This document shows positions 1 through 13,284 of a DNA stretch of 64,000 bases, piece by piece; the stretch's first letter is position 1, and the number at the start of each line of letters is the position of its first letter. The notes beneath the pieces are model-generated. The model searched no databases, was not told the DNA's origin, and was given only the letters and a program-made list of their open reading frames with translations. Origin of the DNA: Octopus vulgaris (Eukaryota); contig OX597835.1 in the NCBI GenBank assembly GCA_951406725.2, positions 29,698,001-29,762,000 of the forward strand, written 5' to 3'. Both the position numbers and the translations under genes were made by a program.

Positions 1-329
1 TTGAGCAGTTACAACTTTAGCAGTAGAATAGGTGACTTTATTTCAGGTAGTTTGTTAGACCATTTCTTAAGATCTGTCGAAGAGCAACATTATATATCAT
101 GATTATGTTGTTAAATTCTGTGCTGTTTGAAAACTTTATTATTGTTGATGTTATTATTATTATTCTATGTTTGACTCATGCTTTACATTTTCACCAGCTG
201 GCTCCAAGTCTCACTCAGAGACCTCAAGAGACAACATGTTGGAAGTTCATGTTGGTGTTATGCCTAGGGTGCCATATATTTGGTTTTGTACTTAGTGTTG
301 TACTAGTGAATACCTAAAAAGACCATACG

Positions 330-330
<1 letters not shown>

Positions 331-373
<43 letters not shown>

Positions 374-431
374 CATTATTATTATTATTATTATTATTAT
401 TAATATTTTTATTATTATTATTATTATTTTA

Positions 432-492
<61 letters not shown>

Positions 493-500
493 CATCATTA

Positions 501-549
<49 letters not shown>
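331..549. repeat. (ATT)n microsatellite
   Basis: Direct trinucleotide run with few interruptions. Confidence 0.95.
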
Positions 550-550
<1 letters not shown>

Positions 551-558
551 GTTGTTAA

Positions 559-958
559 GGCCGTGAGCTGGCAGAATCGTTAGCATGCCGGGCGAAATGC
601 TTAGCGGTATTTCGTCTGCCGTTACGTTCTGAGTTCAAATTCCGCCGAGGTCGAATTTGCCTTTCATCCTTTCGGGGTCGATAAATTAAGTACCAGTTAC
701 GCACTGGGATCGATATAATCGACTTAATCCGTCTGTCTGTCCTTGTTTGTCTCCTCTATGTTTAGCTCCTTGTGGGTAGTAAAGAAATAGGTATTTCGTC
801 TGTCCTTGCGTTCTGAGTTCAAATTCTGCCCATGTCGACTTTGCCTTTCACCTTTTCGGGAATCGATGAATTAAGTACCAGTTGCGTACTGGGGTTGATC
901 TAATTGACTGGCCCCTCTCTCAAAATTTCTAGCCTTGTGCCTATAGTAGAAAGGATTA
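559..958 (+). mobile_element. SINE family A (tRNA-like head), dimeric copy
   Basis: A-box-like TGGCAGAATCGTTAG and B-box-like GAGTTCAAATTCC, followed by GCCTTTCATCCTTTCGGGGTCGATAAATTAAGTACCAG. The unit restarts internally at about 790. About 10 copies in the window. Confidence 0.85.
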
Positions 959-1180
959 TTGTTGTTGTTCTTGTCATTTATGTAATGTTTTTTACTATAT
1001 GCACCACGCTTGAAATGTTAGGGGAGTCCATTACATCGACCCCAGTGCTCAACGTGTACTTGTTTTATTGACCCCGGGGGGATGAAAGGCAAATAATAAT
1101 AATCTCCTGATATAATAATGAGCGTAGTGTTTTTAAGTATTTGTATATATATATATATGTGTGCGTGTGTGTGTGTATCA

Positions 1181-1623
<443 letters not shown>

Positions 1624-1784
1624 ATGATTCACAATGAAGGTGTAGATATAGCGTATTCCGAATGAACAAGGTAATGTAATCAGATGGTAGAAAGTATTTC
1701 GCGAATTAGGTACTCCAAAGTAAGTGGGAAGGTCGGGCGTCCTCTATGTGAGCGTGCGGTAAATAGTAAATTCAAACAATTTTC

Positions 1785-1944
1785 AAAATGTAACCACATG
1801 TGAATTGTTAGCGGTTTTTTTCCCTCCGTCTTCCTTTTCTCTTAGACTTTCCTTTGTCTCCTGTTTCCGAAGAAGAGCTCTGCTCGAAACGTAAAAATCA
1901 CATTTCTTTCCTCGCTTGAGCGTCTGCTAATACTTGACCATGTA

Positions 1945-1947
<3 letters not shown>
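1785..1947 (+). mobile_element. Family C short element (putative PLE pLTR-derived) ending in (TA)n
   Basis: Homologous to 27245-27447(-), 45347-45534 and 22324-22562; carries a hammerhead-like motif. Confidence 0.7.
1863..1897 (+). ncRNA. Minimal type-I hammerhead ribozyme-like motif (variant core)
   Basis: GTTT-CCGAAGA-A-GAGC(TCT)GCTC-GAAA-CG-TA-AAAA; U4 replaced by C. Confidence 0.5.
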
Positions 1948-1988
<41 letters not shown>

Positions 1989-2019
1989 TACGTGTCAAGT
2001 ATATATATATATATATATA

Positions 2020-2216
2020 ACTCTTTTACTTGTTTCAGTCATTTGACTGCGGCCATGCTGGAGCACCGCCTTTAGTCAAGCAAATTGACCCCGGGACTTA
2101 TTCTTTGTAAGCCCAGTACTTATTCTATCGGTCTCTTTTGCCGAACCGCTAAGTGACGGACGTAAACACACCAGCATCGGTTGTCAAGCAATGCTAGGGG
2201 GGTAAACACAGACACA

Positions 2217-2300
<84 letters not shown>

Positions 2301-2463
2301 TACGACAGGCTTCTTTCAGTTTCCTTCTACCAAATCCACTCACAAGGCATTGGTCGGCCCGGGGCTATAGCAGAAGACACTTGCCCAAGATTCCACGCAG
2401 TGGGACTGAACCCGGAACCATGTGGCTGGTTAGCAAGCTACTTACCACACAGCCACTCCTGCT
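2020..2463 (-). mobile_element. SINE family B, full length
   Basis: tRNA-like head, CORE-like CTTGGGCAAGTG motif, central microsatellite, tail GCGGTGCTCCAGCATGGCCGCAGTCAAATGACTGAAAC. Confidence 0.9.
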
Positions 2464-2483
2464 ATATATACATATATATATAC

Positions 2484-2888
2484 TCTTTTTCTCTTTTACT
2501 TGTTTCAGTCATTTGACTGCGGACATGCTGGAGCACCACCTTTTAGTCGAGCAAATCGACCCCGGGACTTATTCTTTGTAAGCCCAGTACTTATTCTATC
2601 GGGCTCTTTTGCCGAACCGCTAAGTGACGGGGATGTAAACACACCAGCATTGGTTGTCAAGCAATGCTAGGGGGACAAACACAGACACACAAACACACAC
2701 ATACATATATATATATATACATATATACGACCGGCTTCTTTTCAGTTTCCGTCTACCAAATCCACTCACAAGGCATTGGTCGGCCCGGGGCTATAGCAGA
2801 AGACACTTGCCCAAGATGCCACGCAGTGGGACTGAACCCGGAACCATGTGGTTGGTTAGCAAGCTACTTACCACACAGCCACTCCTGC
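2484..2888 (-). mobile_element. SINE family B, full length (tandem with previous copy)
   Basis: Near-identical to 2020-2463. Confidence 0.9.
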
Positions 2889-2927
2889 ATATATATGTAT
2901 ACACATGTATGTGTGTGTATACGCACA

Positions 2928-3296
2928 CGAAGGGTGCTGAAAAGATCCTGGCTTTAAGGGTACAACCAAACGCCTGGTTGGAGGCTAAATCTTCCGAATT
3001 CTTTTACAGGGAATAGAAAAACGGAAGGACCGCTGCATTAAGTGTGAGTCTGAGAGGAGAATAAGTTGAATAAAATCATGTGTGTGCGTGTGTGTGTGTG
3101 TGTATGTTTGTGTGTCTGTGTTTGTCCCCCCAACATCGCTGGACAACCGATGGTGGTGTGTTTACGTCCTCGTAACTTAGCGGTTCGGCAAAAGAGATCG
3201 ATAGAATAAGTACTAGGCTTACAAAGAATAAGTCCTGGGGTCAATCCTCCTGTATTTTCTTTTACCCAAAGCCAGGAACTTTTCAGCACCCCCTCG
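2928..3296 (+). mobile_element. Mariner-derived MITE interrupted by a SINE B 3' fragment (3078-3245)
   Basis: TIRs CGAAGGGTGCTGAAAAGATCCTGGCTTT / AAAGCCAGGAACTTTTCAGCACCCCCTCG followed by TA. Internal remnant resembles a mariner transposase C-terminus (SEFFYR..KDRCIKC). Confidence 0.75.
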
Positions 3297-3307
3297 TACG
3301 TGTATAT

Positions 3308-3345
<38 letters not shown>

Positions 3346-3678
3346 ATATAGATATAAGTATATTTTCTGCATGTCCGTGTGTGTTTCTGCGTAAGTGCAA
3401 ATTTCTACGTCTTTCAAACAATTACGTAAAAGAGGGTGTACCCCGATCTAAATTCCTCTATCAGAACACCCAATTAAAAGCTAATTATAACTCCTTTAAT
3501 AGATATATATATATAGAGAGAGAAACATAGAAAGAGCATTAGCTGGGACGATAACGGGAGTGAAACCACCACCTGGTTGGCTAAGTAAACTAGGTGTGGT
3601 GAGCTCTCTCCTTCTTTCGCTTCTTCAGCTTCTGTTGTCTACAGGACAGGAATAATGTACTGAGATAGGGAACGCAAC

Positions 3679-3798
<120 letters not shown>

Positions 3799-3864
3799 GA
3801 TGAGTATATATACTCAGATATATATATATATATATATATATGAGTATATATACTCTGAATATGA

Positions 3865-3907
<43 letters not shown>

Positions 3908-4009
3908 TGTGTGTGTTTGTGCGTGAGCGCCCGAGTATGTGACACTAATTGCTTATATAAACATGCAAATATGGGTGTGTGTATGTTGATATATGTATGT
4001 GTGTGTATA

Positions 4010-4136
<127 letters not shown>

Positions 4137-4351
4137 GGAGGCAGGTAGACACTTATGTGTGTGCATAGAGATAAACAAACGTATGTATTATGTGTGTGTG
4201 TGTGTGTGTGTGTGACTGTATGTCTTTGTGAGGTAGTGAGCATATGCGTGTATACACATACTTAAATATTTACACATATATATACATATATATACACACC
4301 GCACACTCACACACACACATACACACATACACATATATATGTATATATATA

Positions 4352-4392
<41 letters not shown>

Positions 4393-4945
4393 GTATATCT
4401 ATATATATATATATACATATATATATGTATGTATAATTGTAGGTAGGTATATATACTAATATGTGTAAGTTTGTATATATGTATGCATGTATTTGTATAT
4501 ATGTGTGTTTGTCTGTGTGAATATATGTATGCATGCGTGTATATATATATATATGTGTGTGTCTGTGTATACGTGTATGTGTGCGCGTGTATATTTATAT
4601 TTAAGTATGTATGGGTACATACAGGTGCGTTTGTATGTATGTATATATTTATGTGCACGTGTGAACCTGAGGTGCGTCGTGTCTGTTCAAAGTTTGTATA
4701 TCTATTCAACACCCGTATATGTACACGTATCTTCCATCACAATCTGGCACACCCTAATCCGAGAACGTTTTCACCGTCCTCCAGCAAGGTCAAGAAATTC
4801 TAGAAGTCTTATTACACCCACCCGTAATTAACTTGCTTATACAGGAAGGTCCGCACCCGGCTGTGTTGTACGCTCGGTCACTGTCCCTTCTTCGCCAAAC
4901 ACACACACAAACACAAATACACACACACACATATATTCATATAAA

Positions 4946-5178
4946 GGCGGCGAGCTGGCAGAATCGTTAGCGCGCCGGGCGAAATGCTTAGCGGTATTTC
5001 GTCTGACGTTACGTTCTGAGTTAAAATTCCGCCGAGGTCGACTTTGCCTTTCATCCTTTCGGGGTCGATTAAATAAGTACCAGTTACGCACTGGGGTCGA
5101 TATAATCGACTTAATCCGTTTGTCTGTCCTTGTTTGCCTCTCTGTGTTTATCCCCTTGTGGGTAATAAAGAAATAAAG
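4946..5178 (+). mobile_element. SINE family A, monomer
   Basis: GGCGGCGAGCTGGCAGAATCGTTAGC...GGTAATAAAGAAAT. Confidence 0.9.
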
Positions 5179-5276
<98 letters not shown>

Positions 5277-5287
5277 ACATATATATA

Positions 5288-5320
<33 letters not shown>

Positions 5321-5594
5321 TTACATATGTATACAAATTAAAAATGGGGAAGGCCGGTTTATGGGATTACCTTAGATTCCCCATCCATAAAGGGTTTAGC
5401 ATTATGGCTTATCATCAGATCCCAAAACCTGTTGGCCCATGACCTCTTCAATGACAATGTTTTGAAGGTTATTATTGTAATGATGGGTATTATTAAACAT
5501 TGTCAACATTACATTCTTATTTATTTAAGAGCAATAGTGCCAGACACAAAATCATTTCCCTTACACAAAACAAGATTTCAAATGATACTTGGCC

Positions 5595-6001
5595 CAGGAG
5601 TGGCTGTGTGGTAAGTAGCTTGTTTACCAACCACATGGTTCCGCGTTCAGTCCCACAGTGTGTCACCTTGGGCAAGTGTCGTCTACTATAGCCTCGGGCC
5701 GACCAAAGCCTTCTGAGTGGATTTAGTAGACGGAAACTGAAAGAAGCCCGTCGTATATATGTATAAATATATATGTATGTGTATGTGTATATGTTTGTGT
5801 GTCTGTGTTTGTCCCCCCAACATCGCTGAACAACCGATGGAGGTGTGTTTACGTCCCCGTAAGTTAGCGGTTCGGCAAATGAGACCAATAAAATAAGTAC
5901 AAGGCTTACAAAGAATAAGTCCTGGGGTCGATTTGCTCGACTAAAGGCGGTGCTCCAGCATGGCCACAGTTAAATGACTGAAACAAGTAGAGTAACAGAG
6001 T
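5595..6001 (+). mobile_element. SINE family B, full length
   Basis: Matches the family B copies end to end. Confidence 0.9.
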
Positions 6002-6027
6002 ATATATATATATATATATATATATAT

Positions 6028-6225
6028 CAGTGGTTTTCAACCAGGGTTCCGCCAGTATAGTCCAGGGGTTCCGCAAGAAGTTACAAAACTGCTAAAGTCG
6101 GCAGTAATTTTTAATTCTCCTGTGCAGATATGTGTGCATAAGACTATTAAATTATTGCACAGGGGTTCCTCGAGCCAGTGGAATGTTTCCTTGGGGTTCC
6201 GCTCCAGCAAAAATTTTGAAAAGCA

Positions 6226-6228
<3 letters not shown>
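6028..6228. mobile_element. hAT (Charlie-like) MITE in (TA)n
   Basis: TIRs CAGTGGTTTTCAA / TTGAAAAGCACTG, multiple subterminal GGGTTCC motifs, (AT)4 flanks compatible with an 8-bp TSD. Confidence 0.8.
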
Positions 6229-6274
<46 letters not shown>

Positions 6275-8121
6275 ATATATGTATTTATGTATTATGTATG
6301 CATGTATGTATGTATGTATGTATGTATGTATGTATGTATGCATGTATGTATGTATGTATGTGTAGATAGATAAATAGATAGACAGACAGACAAACAGTCA
6401 GACAGACAGACAAGCAGACAGACAGATAGATCGATAAATAGATAGATATTGTGTTATTTGGAAGATTCCCTTTCTCACAATGACTAACGATTTCATGCAA
6501 ACGCGAATCTTCAGACTGGTGTATCATTCAAAAAGAGGAGATTGGTTAAAGAAAGGTGTGAAAGGCTATTAAAATGTAATACGAGTTTGATATTGCTTAT
6601 TTGATTAGATTTCTATTTTATTTAGCTGTTCTTAGTCTTGTTTAGGTTATGAATGTGTGTGTGCGTGAATGTGCATCTGTATGCATATTTACGTGTATGT
6701 GTTTCTGTTTGAAAGTTTGTGTATAAAGTCAGCAGTTAATTGAATCCAAATTTGGATTATATTTCATTGTAACATGTAGCAGTTTATTTAACAGAAAAAG
6801 TTCAAATGTCAGAGTTAAAATGTCAGATTTTATATGGGAAGAGTAAGCTGTATGTGGATGAATGCCTGCATATGTGTGTCCACGTTAAAATGCAAATATG
6901 GAGAAATGGAAGGCGGTAGGCGGAATAAAAATTAAATTTGAAGTAAATTTTATCTTTGATAATCCTTTCTTGTATAGGCACACAACCTGGAATTTGGGGG
7001 AAGAAGGACAGTCGATTACATCGAATGGAATAAAAGGTAAAGTCGAACTTTGAAAATAAAGACGGGTGAAATACCTCTAAACTTTTTGCCTGACGCGCTA
7101 ACTATTCTACCAGCTCGCCGAACGTCTGCTTTTGAATTTAAAATAAGAGTTCACATGTCTGAGTTCATGCTAAAATAAACAACAGGCGAACTACATGGTG
7201 TGCATGCGTGAGAGGGGAGATGTGTGTGTATGCGCGCGTATTTGAATGCGAGTGAAAAGCGTTTGGCCTTGTTGAGGTGGAGTTTTTTAGGCGTTGAAGG
7301 AATTTGGGGGAATATTAAACTCAATTTACAAAAAAAAATTTCTTTGGCTCTCAGTTTAGGAGTCGTTTACTGTAGAAAGTAAAACGAGCGTTGATAAGGA
7401 TCGGGAGGGATATAACGTAATTGTTGGAAGGGGATGAGGTTGGAGCGGCATGGAATAATTACAAAAGAAAGTAAGGAAGTTTTAAGGGATATGGAAATGG
7501 GAACATTCCAGGGCAATTTAACGAAAAAAGAGGCAGAAACTGAAAAATTATAAAACTATGCTATCATGTTTAAGGATATTTATGTTCCCGTAAGCCAATA
7601 GAATTCAAAAAAGTCATTTAAAAATCTGCATGACTAGTGTCATGTGATCAGTGCAAGCAACTTGGATCCAAAAGATGACAATTTGACAGCAAGGACAAAA
7701 GGTAGGTATCCAGTTACGTCCGAGAAAAAGATTAGCCTTCCATCTTACAAAGATGAATTTTCAGGAAGAACAAGAGTAAAATTACAATTTGGCAGTGATA
7801 TTTATAGAAGATAATCCTGCTTGTCAGCAAAAACAAGAATTTACTGTGGCCATTAGAATTTGTTGCGTCAGTTACGTTTTAGCATTATAATTTTAGTCTA
7901 CAAAATCCTGACAAATGATTATTTTAAAACAATGCAACGATTGTGACATGCTGTAAGGGGGGATTTTATCCTTATACATAGTACCTTATATTTCCAGTTA
8001 CGAGTACCTACTTGTGCGCTGTTTATGGCAATTTCAGCCACATAATGATCAGTGGTTTGCTATATTATAGGGCTCCCAGAGTCACCTGCAATGCATGTAA
8101 AATGTCTAGAATTAATTATCT

Positions 8122-8960
8122 AAGGGGCTAAACATAGAGGGGGACAAACAACGACAGACAAAGGGATTAAATTGATTACAGCGACCCCAGTGCGTAACTG
8201 GTACTTAATTTATCGACGCCGAAAGGATGAAAGCAAAGTCGACCTCGGCGGAATTTGAACGTAACGGCAGACGAAATACCTATTTCTTTACTACCCACAA
8301 GCGGCTAAACACAGAAAGGACAAACAAAGACAGACAAACGGATTAAGTCGATTATATCAACCCCAGTGCGTAACTGGCACTTATTTAATCGACCCCGAAA
8401 GGATGAAAGGCAAAGTCGACCTCGGCGGAATTTGAACTCAGAACGTAGCGGCAGACGAAATACCGCTAAGTATTTCGCCGAGCATGTTAACGTTTCTACC
8501 AGCTCGCCGCCTTGTAAATATCAAGATATACTGCTTTCAAAATCTGGCAGAAAGTCAGCTATTGTGGGGTGGAGGATTTGCAAGTCGATTATATCGACCC
8601 CAAGTGCTCAACTGGTATTTTATTTTATTGACCCCGAAAGGATGAAAGGCAAAGACGACCACTGTGGAATTTGAACTCGGCACGTATTGTCGGAAGAAAT
8701 TCCGCTAAGCATTTTGTCCGGCAAGGTAACGATTCCGGCAAGCTCGCCATCTCATATGTTTCTGAAGATTTTGATGTTCAATTTTGACACAATGCCAGAA
8801 ATTTTGGGAGAGTGGGGTTCAACTGGTACGTATTTTATCGACCCCAAATCGATGAATGGTAAACTCGACCCCGGAGGAATTTGAACTCAGAACGTAAAAA
8901 CGGTCGAAATGCTGCGAAGTATTTTGTCCGGCATGCTAACTATTTTGCTACTTCGCCATC
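8122..8960 (-). mobile_element. Cluster of SINE family A copies (dimer 8122-8511; degenerate copies about 8545-8750 and 8810-8960)
   Basis: Repeated GAAAGGATGAAAGGCAAAGTCGACCTCGGCGGAATTTGAACTCAGAAC. Confidence 0.85.
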
Positions 8961-9550
8961 TTATAAACCTCTAAATATATTGAAAAGCTTTTTGGTCCGA
9001 CTGTTCAACGAATTTGGCATCTCTCCACACTAACAATAATAATGAAGATGGTTTCCTGCAGACTTGAAGCACAATACCAATGAAAGTTTTGCAAGGAGGG
9101 GAAGGATGAGGGGGAGGTGAAGAGGGAGGGAGAGTGGAAAAGGAAGTGGGGGAAAATGAGGAAGAGGAGGGGGAGGAGGTCAGGAGGAAGAGTTAGAGGA
9201 AGAGAAGTAGGAAGAAGGGGAAAAAGGAAGCGCTACTGATGAAAAAGTTGTATGGCGAATTGTATCGAATGCAGTATGTATGTATGTGTGTACGTACGTA
9301 CATACGCATGTATGTATGCATGCATACATGCATGTATGTATGTATGTATGTATGTATGTATGTATGTATGTATGTATGTATGTATGTATGTATGCATGTG
9401 TGCGTATGTATGTGTGTATGTATGTATGCATTTATGTGTTTATGTATGTATCTATGTACGTATTTATGTACGCACGTATGTATGAACGTATATTTGTATG
9501 TACGTATGTATTCACGTATGTATATACGTATATTTGTACGTACGTATGAG

Positions 9551-9606
<56 letters not shown>

Positions 9607-9896
9607 AGAGTTATTTCTAGATTTCTTGCCAATAGTGGAAGAGCCGGTTTCTAACCAAGATCCAAGACTCCTTCATTGGAATTTCAACATCAACAGGATA
9701 GCTGCACCTGTATGGGTGTATATGTGCAAGTATTCCGAGCCAGCTCACGCATCTGCAGATTTGCATGTTTTGTTTTATGTATGTATACCGATGCATATGC
9801 AAGACTTAATTCTAATAGTAATGCAAATAAAAACTCCATTACTTTCTGACTCATCTCATAACAACACATTTAGACACCTGCATATTCTCTTTGTCT

Positions 9897-10298
9897 TTTC
9901 TCTTTTACTTTTTTCAGTCATTTAACTGCGGCCATGCTGGAGCACCGCCTTCTAGTCGAGTAAATCGACCCCAGAGCTTATTCTTTGTAAGCCTAGTACT
10001 TATTCTATCAGTCTCTTTTGCTGAACCGCTATGTTACGGGGACGTAAACACACCAGCATCGGTTGTCAAGCAATGGTGGGGGAACAAACACAGACACGCA
10101 AACATATACACACATACATATATATACATATATACGACGGGCTTCTTCCAGTTTCCATCTACCAAATCGACTCACAAGGCTTTGGTTGGCCCGAGGCTAT
10201 AGTAGAAGACACTTGCCCAAGGTGCCACGCAGTGGGAATGAACCCGGAACCGTGTGATTGGTAAGCAAGCTACTTACCACACAGCCACTCCTGCGCCT
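9897..10298 (-). mobile_element. SINE family B, full length
   Basis: Matches family B. Confidence 0.9.
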
Positions 10299-10467
10299 AT
10301 GTTCTTATACGCTAAACTTCTGGAAGGCTTTACGTATTTTCGCAGTTCCATTGATGGTTTGTATCTGTAATCTTCTAATTAACTTTCTTCCTTCTGGTTT
10401 TCAGAAGCCTAACTTTTTAAGATTGGTGCTGAGAAAGTTGGTTACATACCTTAGTGCCCCAATAGCG

Positions 10468-10666
10468 TAAAGACCCGCATCGGTCCTGAATGACCATGGG
10501 ATTGCGCATAGAAAGTTACTCTCTGGGACACAAGTCCGGGCAAGGTTGCTTATGGAAGACCAGCAGTCACCCATGCGTACCAGCCTCCCCTCTCGACGCA
10601 ACCAGTGTTACCCAAGGGAAAGGCAAAGGCTGGTATAGCATGGTCCTAGTGACGTAGCAACTCATT
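10468..10666 (-). mobile_element. 3' part of another SINE-like interspersed repeat
   Basis: GC-richer island that resembles cephalopod repeats from memory; single copy here. Confidence 0.4.
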
Positions 10667-10744
10667 GCATCCATGCGTCTGTATGTATTCAATAATATGG
10701 GGATTCTCTATATTTATCCCAGGAGTGTCTACTTTTCAGATAGC

Positions 10745-11010
10745 ATTGTATGTTGTCTTACTGACAACGTCATGTCGCGTTGGGAAGTAACAGTACCTTG
10801 ATGACATTTTCGGACAGCTCACGCATGAGGTTTTCCACAGAAAAATGACGAGATCAACATTTCAACTACATCTTGGGGCTCCAAGAGCTTCAATTTTTTT
10901 TTTTGCTTGTTTATTAGGTATTTTGAAGTAATCACTTGTTCTTGGATTGTAAGTGCATAGCCTTGGAAGTGTGACATGTTGTAGCGGCCACGAGTCCGAG
11001 AAAAACTGCG
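10745..11010 (-). pseudogene. Fragment of a restriction-like-endonuclease (R4/Dong-like) LINE C-terminal region
   Basis: Minus-strand frames give SHFQGYALTIQEQVITSKYL and SCPKMSSRY..TRHDVV, matching the AIQ(D/E)Q..C..C..H....C..RH(D/N) layout; frameshifted. Confidence 0.55.
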
Positions 11011-11484
11011 TATCATGTTGATATCCCTGTCTTCTTCCTGTCTTCAGCAAACATACCCACGCTTGATTTTTTCTTTCTTTCTCCCCCTTTTTCTTTTTGA
11101 TTTTTCCTTTATTTTTCTTTGGTATGCAGAGGTCTTGTTTAAGTATGTTAGTTCGGCTGTTTTGGGGTTGTATAGCGGGGTCACCAGGAAGAGAATATTG
11201 CTTGAAAAGCTCACTACCGACACGTAGGAAGTTGTTCTTTCGTTTTTCAGCCTCGGGGTTATTAGGAATTGTGGTCTGCCACCACAACAGTTCTTTTATA
11301 GGATCCAGTTATCTCAAGACATCATCAAGAGGAACCACGTCCGGTTTCGGCCCCTACTCCTCTACCGTGTTGACGTGGCGCCCCCCTCCCTTTCGGAGGT
11401 GTCTTCAGCTCTGGTGTTGGGTACATGTCTTCTTTCTTCTGTTCCCTGGCCTCTTCGATGTATCGTCAGCGAGTGTCAGTGGGA

Positions 11485-11567
11485 GACTGACTGACTTGTC
11501 AAATTTTTCCCTTTAAATACCTGCCGCAAAGGCTCCAGCAGGCAGCCCCAGCAAGATGTCACGTGAC
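11485..11567 (-). promoter_or_regulatory. Putative Pol II core promoter (E-box, TATA, Inr) in an LTR-like segment at about 11016-11690
   Basis: GTCACGTGAC at 11558-11567; TATTTAAAG at 11519-11511; TCAGTC at 11490-11485, about 31 nt downstream of TATA; AATAAA at 11113-11108. Confidence 0.45.
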
Positions 11568-11957
11568 GCTCTCTCACCTTAACTGACTAGTGAAGGCGCG
11601 TAGTTTTAGCCCGCGCATTTTCTAAACGACCGTCACCTGTCAGTCAGCGAAGCTGATTCAGTGTCAGCTTGTCTCACCTAATGATGTTATTTTTGCTGTT
11701 GTTGTTCAGAAAGTGCTGTCTGAGTGTGACCATACGACATTCAAAGGTTGTCTGCACTGATCTCGAACTTCTACCTTCTTCTTTATAACTTCTAAGGTAG
11801 AGACTGGCGATGTCTCCATTTCTGTCGAATTTTCCAGATTATGTCAGGATCTTGCTGTTTTTTAATGTCTATGGAGCAATTTTCTGTTGCAGACAGGTGA
11901 AGCATTCCAAATGCTAGTATCAGCACTGCTACCGCAAATGCTTTGTGAAATATTGTC

Positions 11958-12538
11958 ATTCTTTTCTATTCCAGGCACAGGGCGCGAAATTTGGGGGGAG
12001 GGGGCCAGTCGATTAGCTCGACCCAGTATACAACTGGTACTTAATTTATCGATGCCGAAAGGATGAAAGGCAAAGTCGACCTCGCCAGAATTTGAACTCA
12101 GAACGTAAAGACATGAAATACCTATTTCTTTACTACCCACAAGGGGCTAAACACAGAGAGGACAAACAAAGACAGACAAACGGATTAAGTCGATTACATC
12201 GACCCCAATGCGTAACTGGTACTTAATTTATCGACCCCGAAAGGATGAAAGGCAAAGTCGACCTCGCCAGAATTTGAACTCAGAACATAAAGACAGATGA
12301 AATACCTATTTCTTTACTACCCACAAGGGGCTAAACACAGAGAGGACAAACAAAGACAGAGAAACTGATTGAGTCGATTACATCGACCCCAATGCGTAAC
12401 TGGTACTTAATTTATCGACCTCGAAAGGATGAAAGGCAAAGTCGACCTCGGCGGAATTTGAACTCAGAACGTAATGGCGGACGAAATACGGCTACGCATT
12501 TCGTCCGGCGTGCTAACGTTTCTGCCAGCTCACCGCCT
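11958..12538 (-). mobile_element. SINE family A trimer (about 185-bp tandem units)
   Basis: Three head-to-tail units joined at AAAGAAATAGGTATTTC. Confidence 0.9.
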
Positions 12539-13284
12539 TGACCAGCTTACCGCTAAGTATTTCGTCTATCGAGCTAACGATTTTGCCAGCTCTCCGCCTT
12601 GAGAGATATTGAGGAAAATTCCGACTGCCGTATATTTCTAAGTCCGGCATAGTATTCTGAGGTCACTATCTTCATTCACAGTCCCTTCGTATAGTTTGCT
12701 TTCATCAATGCCTAAATAATTTTTAATATTCATTGCGTGGAACAGGTAAGATGAAGAGATGGAGAGATGGAGAGATAGAGAGACTACTGATGCACCGGTT
12801 TGGGATTTATGGAACTGATTTTCCACGTTCAACAATCAGATAAGATACAAACATTTCTTTTGGCCAAATTCCATTCCGATGTCAGCTGAAAATGTAATTA
12901 ACTTCACCTGTTTTCGTTGTTGCTACTTTTCTGTTTTGTTTTGTTTTTTGTTTTTTTAGCATTTTTTTTTTTTTTGCATTGTAAACATTTCTAGCATAAA
13001 TCTTGAGGTCATCCACCAAGAAATTATGGGTTACCTTGGTATCTCTAGCATTTTAGCAGGTAATCATTGGAGTTTTTGTAACAGAAATGATAACGGATTT
13101 AAAGCCAGAATAAGCAGAATATGTATGTATGCATGTATGTATGTATGTATGTATGTATGTATGTATGTATGTATTTATAATTATATCAAAGGGAAATGGA
13201 ATTTAATTAAATTTAAAATATTCAATCAAATTTACATTTCCAGTGGTCTAACGTGCAAAAAAATTAGTCAAGAAGACTATATAT

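Noticed and set aside
3612-3632. CTGAAGA-AGC-GAAAG on the minus strand
   Set aside because: There is no room for stem II and no stem I pairing.
9633-9685. Hammerhead-like CCAATGA..GAAACCGGCT on the minus strand
   Set aside because: The core is too divergent and no convincing stems were found.
11958-12538. Regularly spaced repeats resembling a CRISPR array
   Set aside because: These are whole 185-bp tandem SINE units with no unique spacers and no cas genes, in a eukaryotic context.
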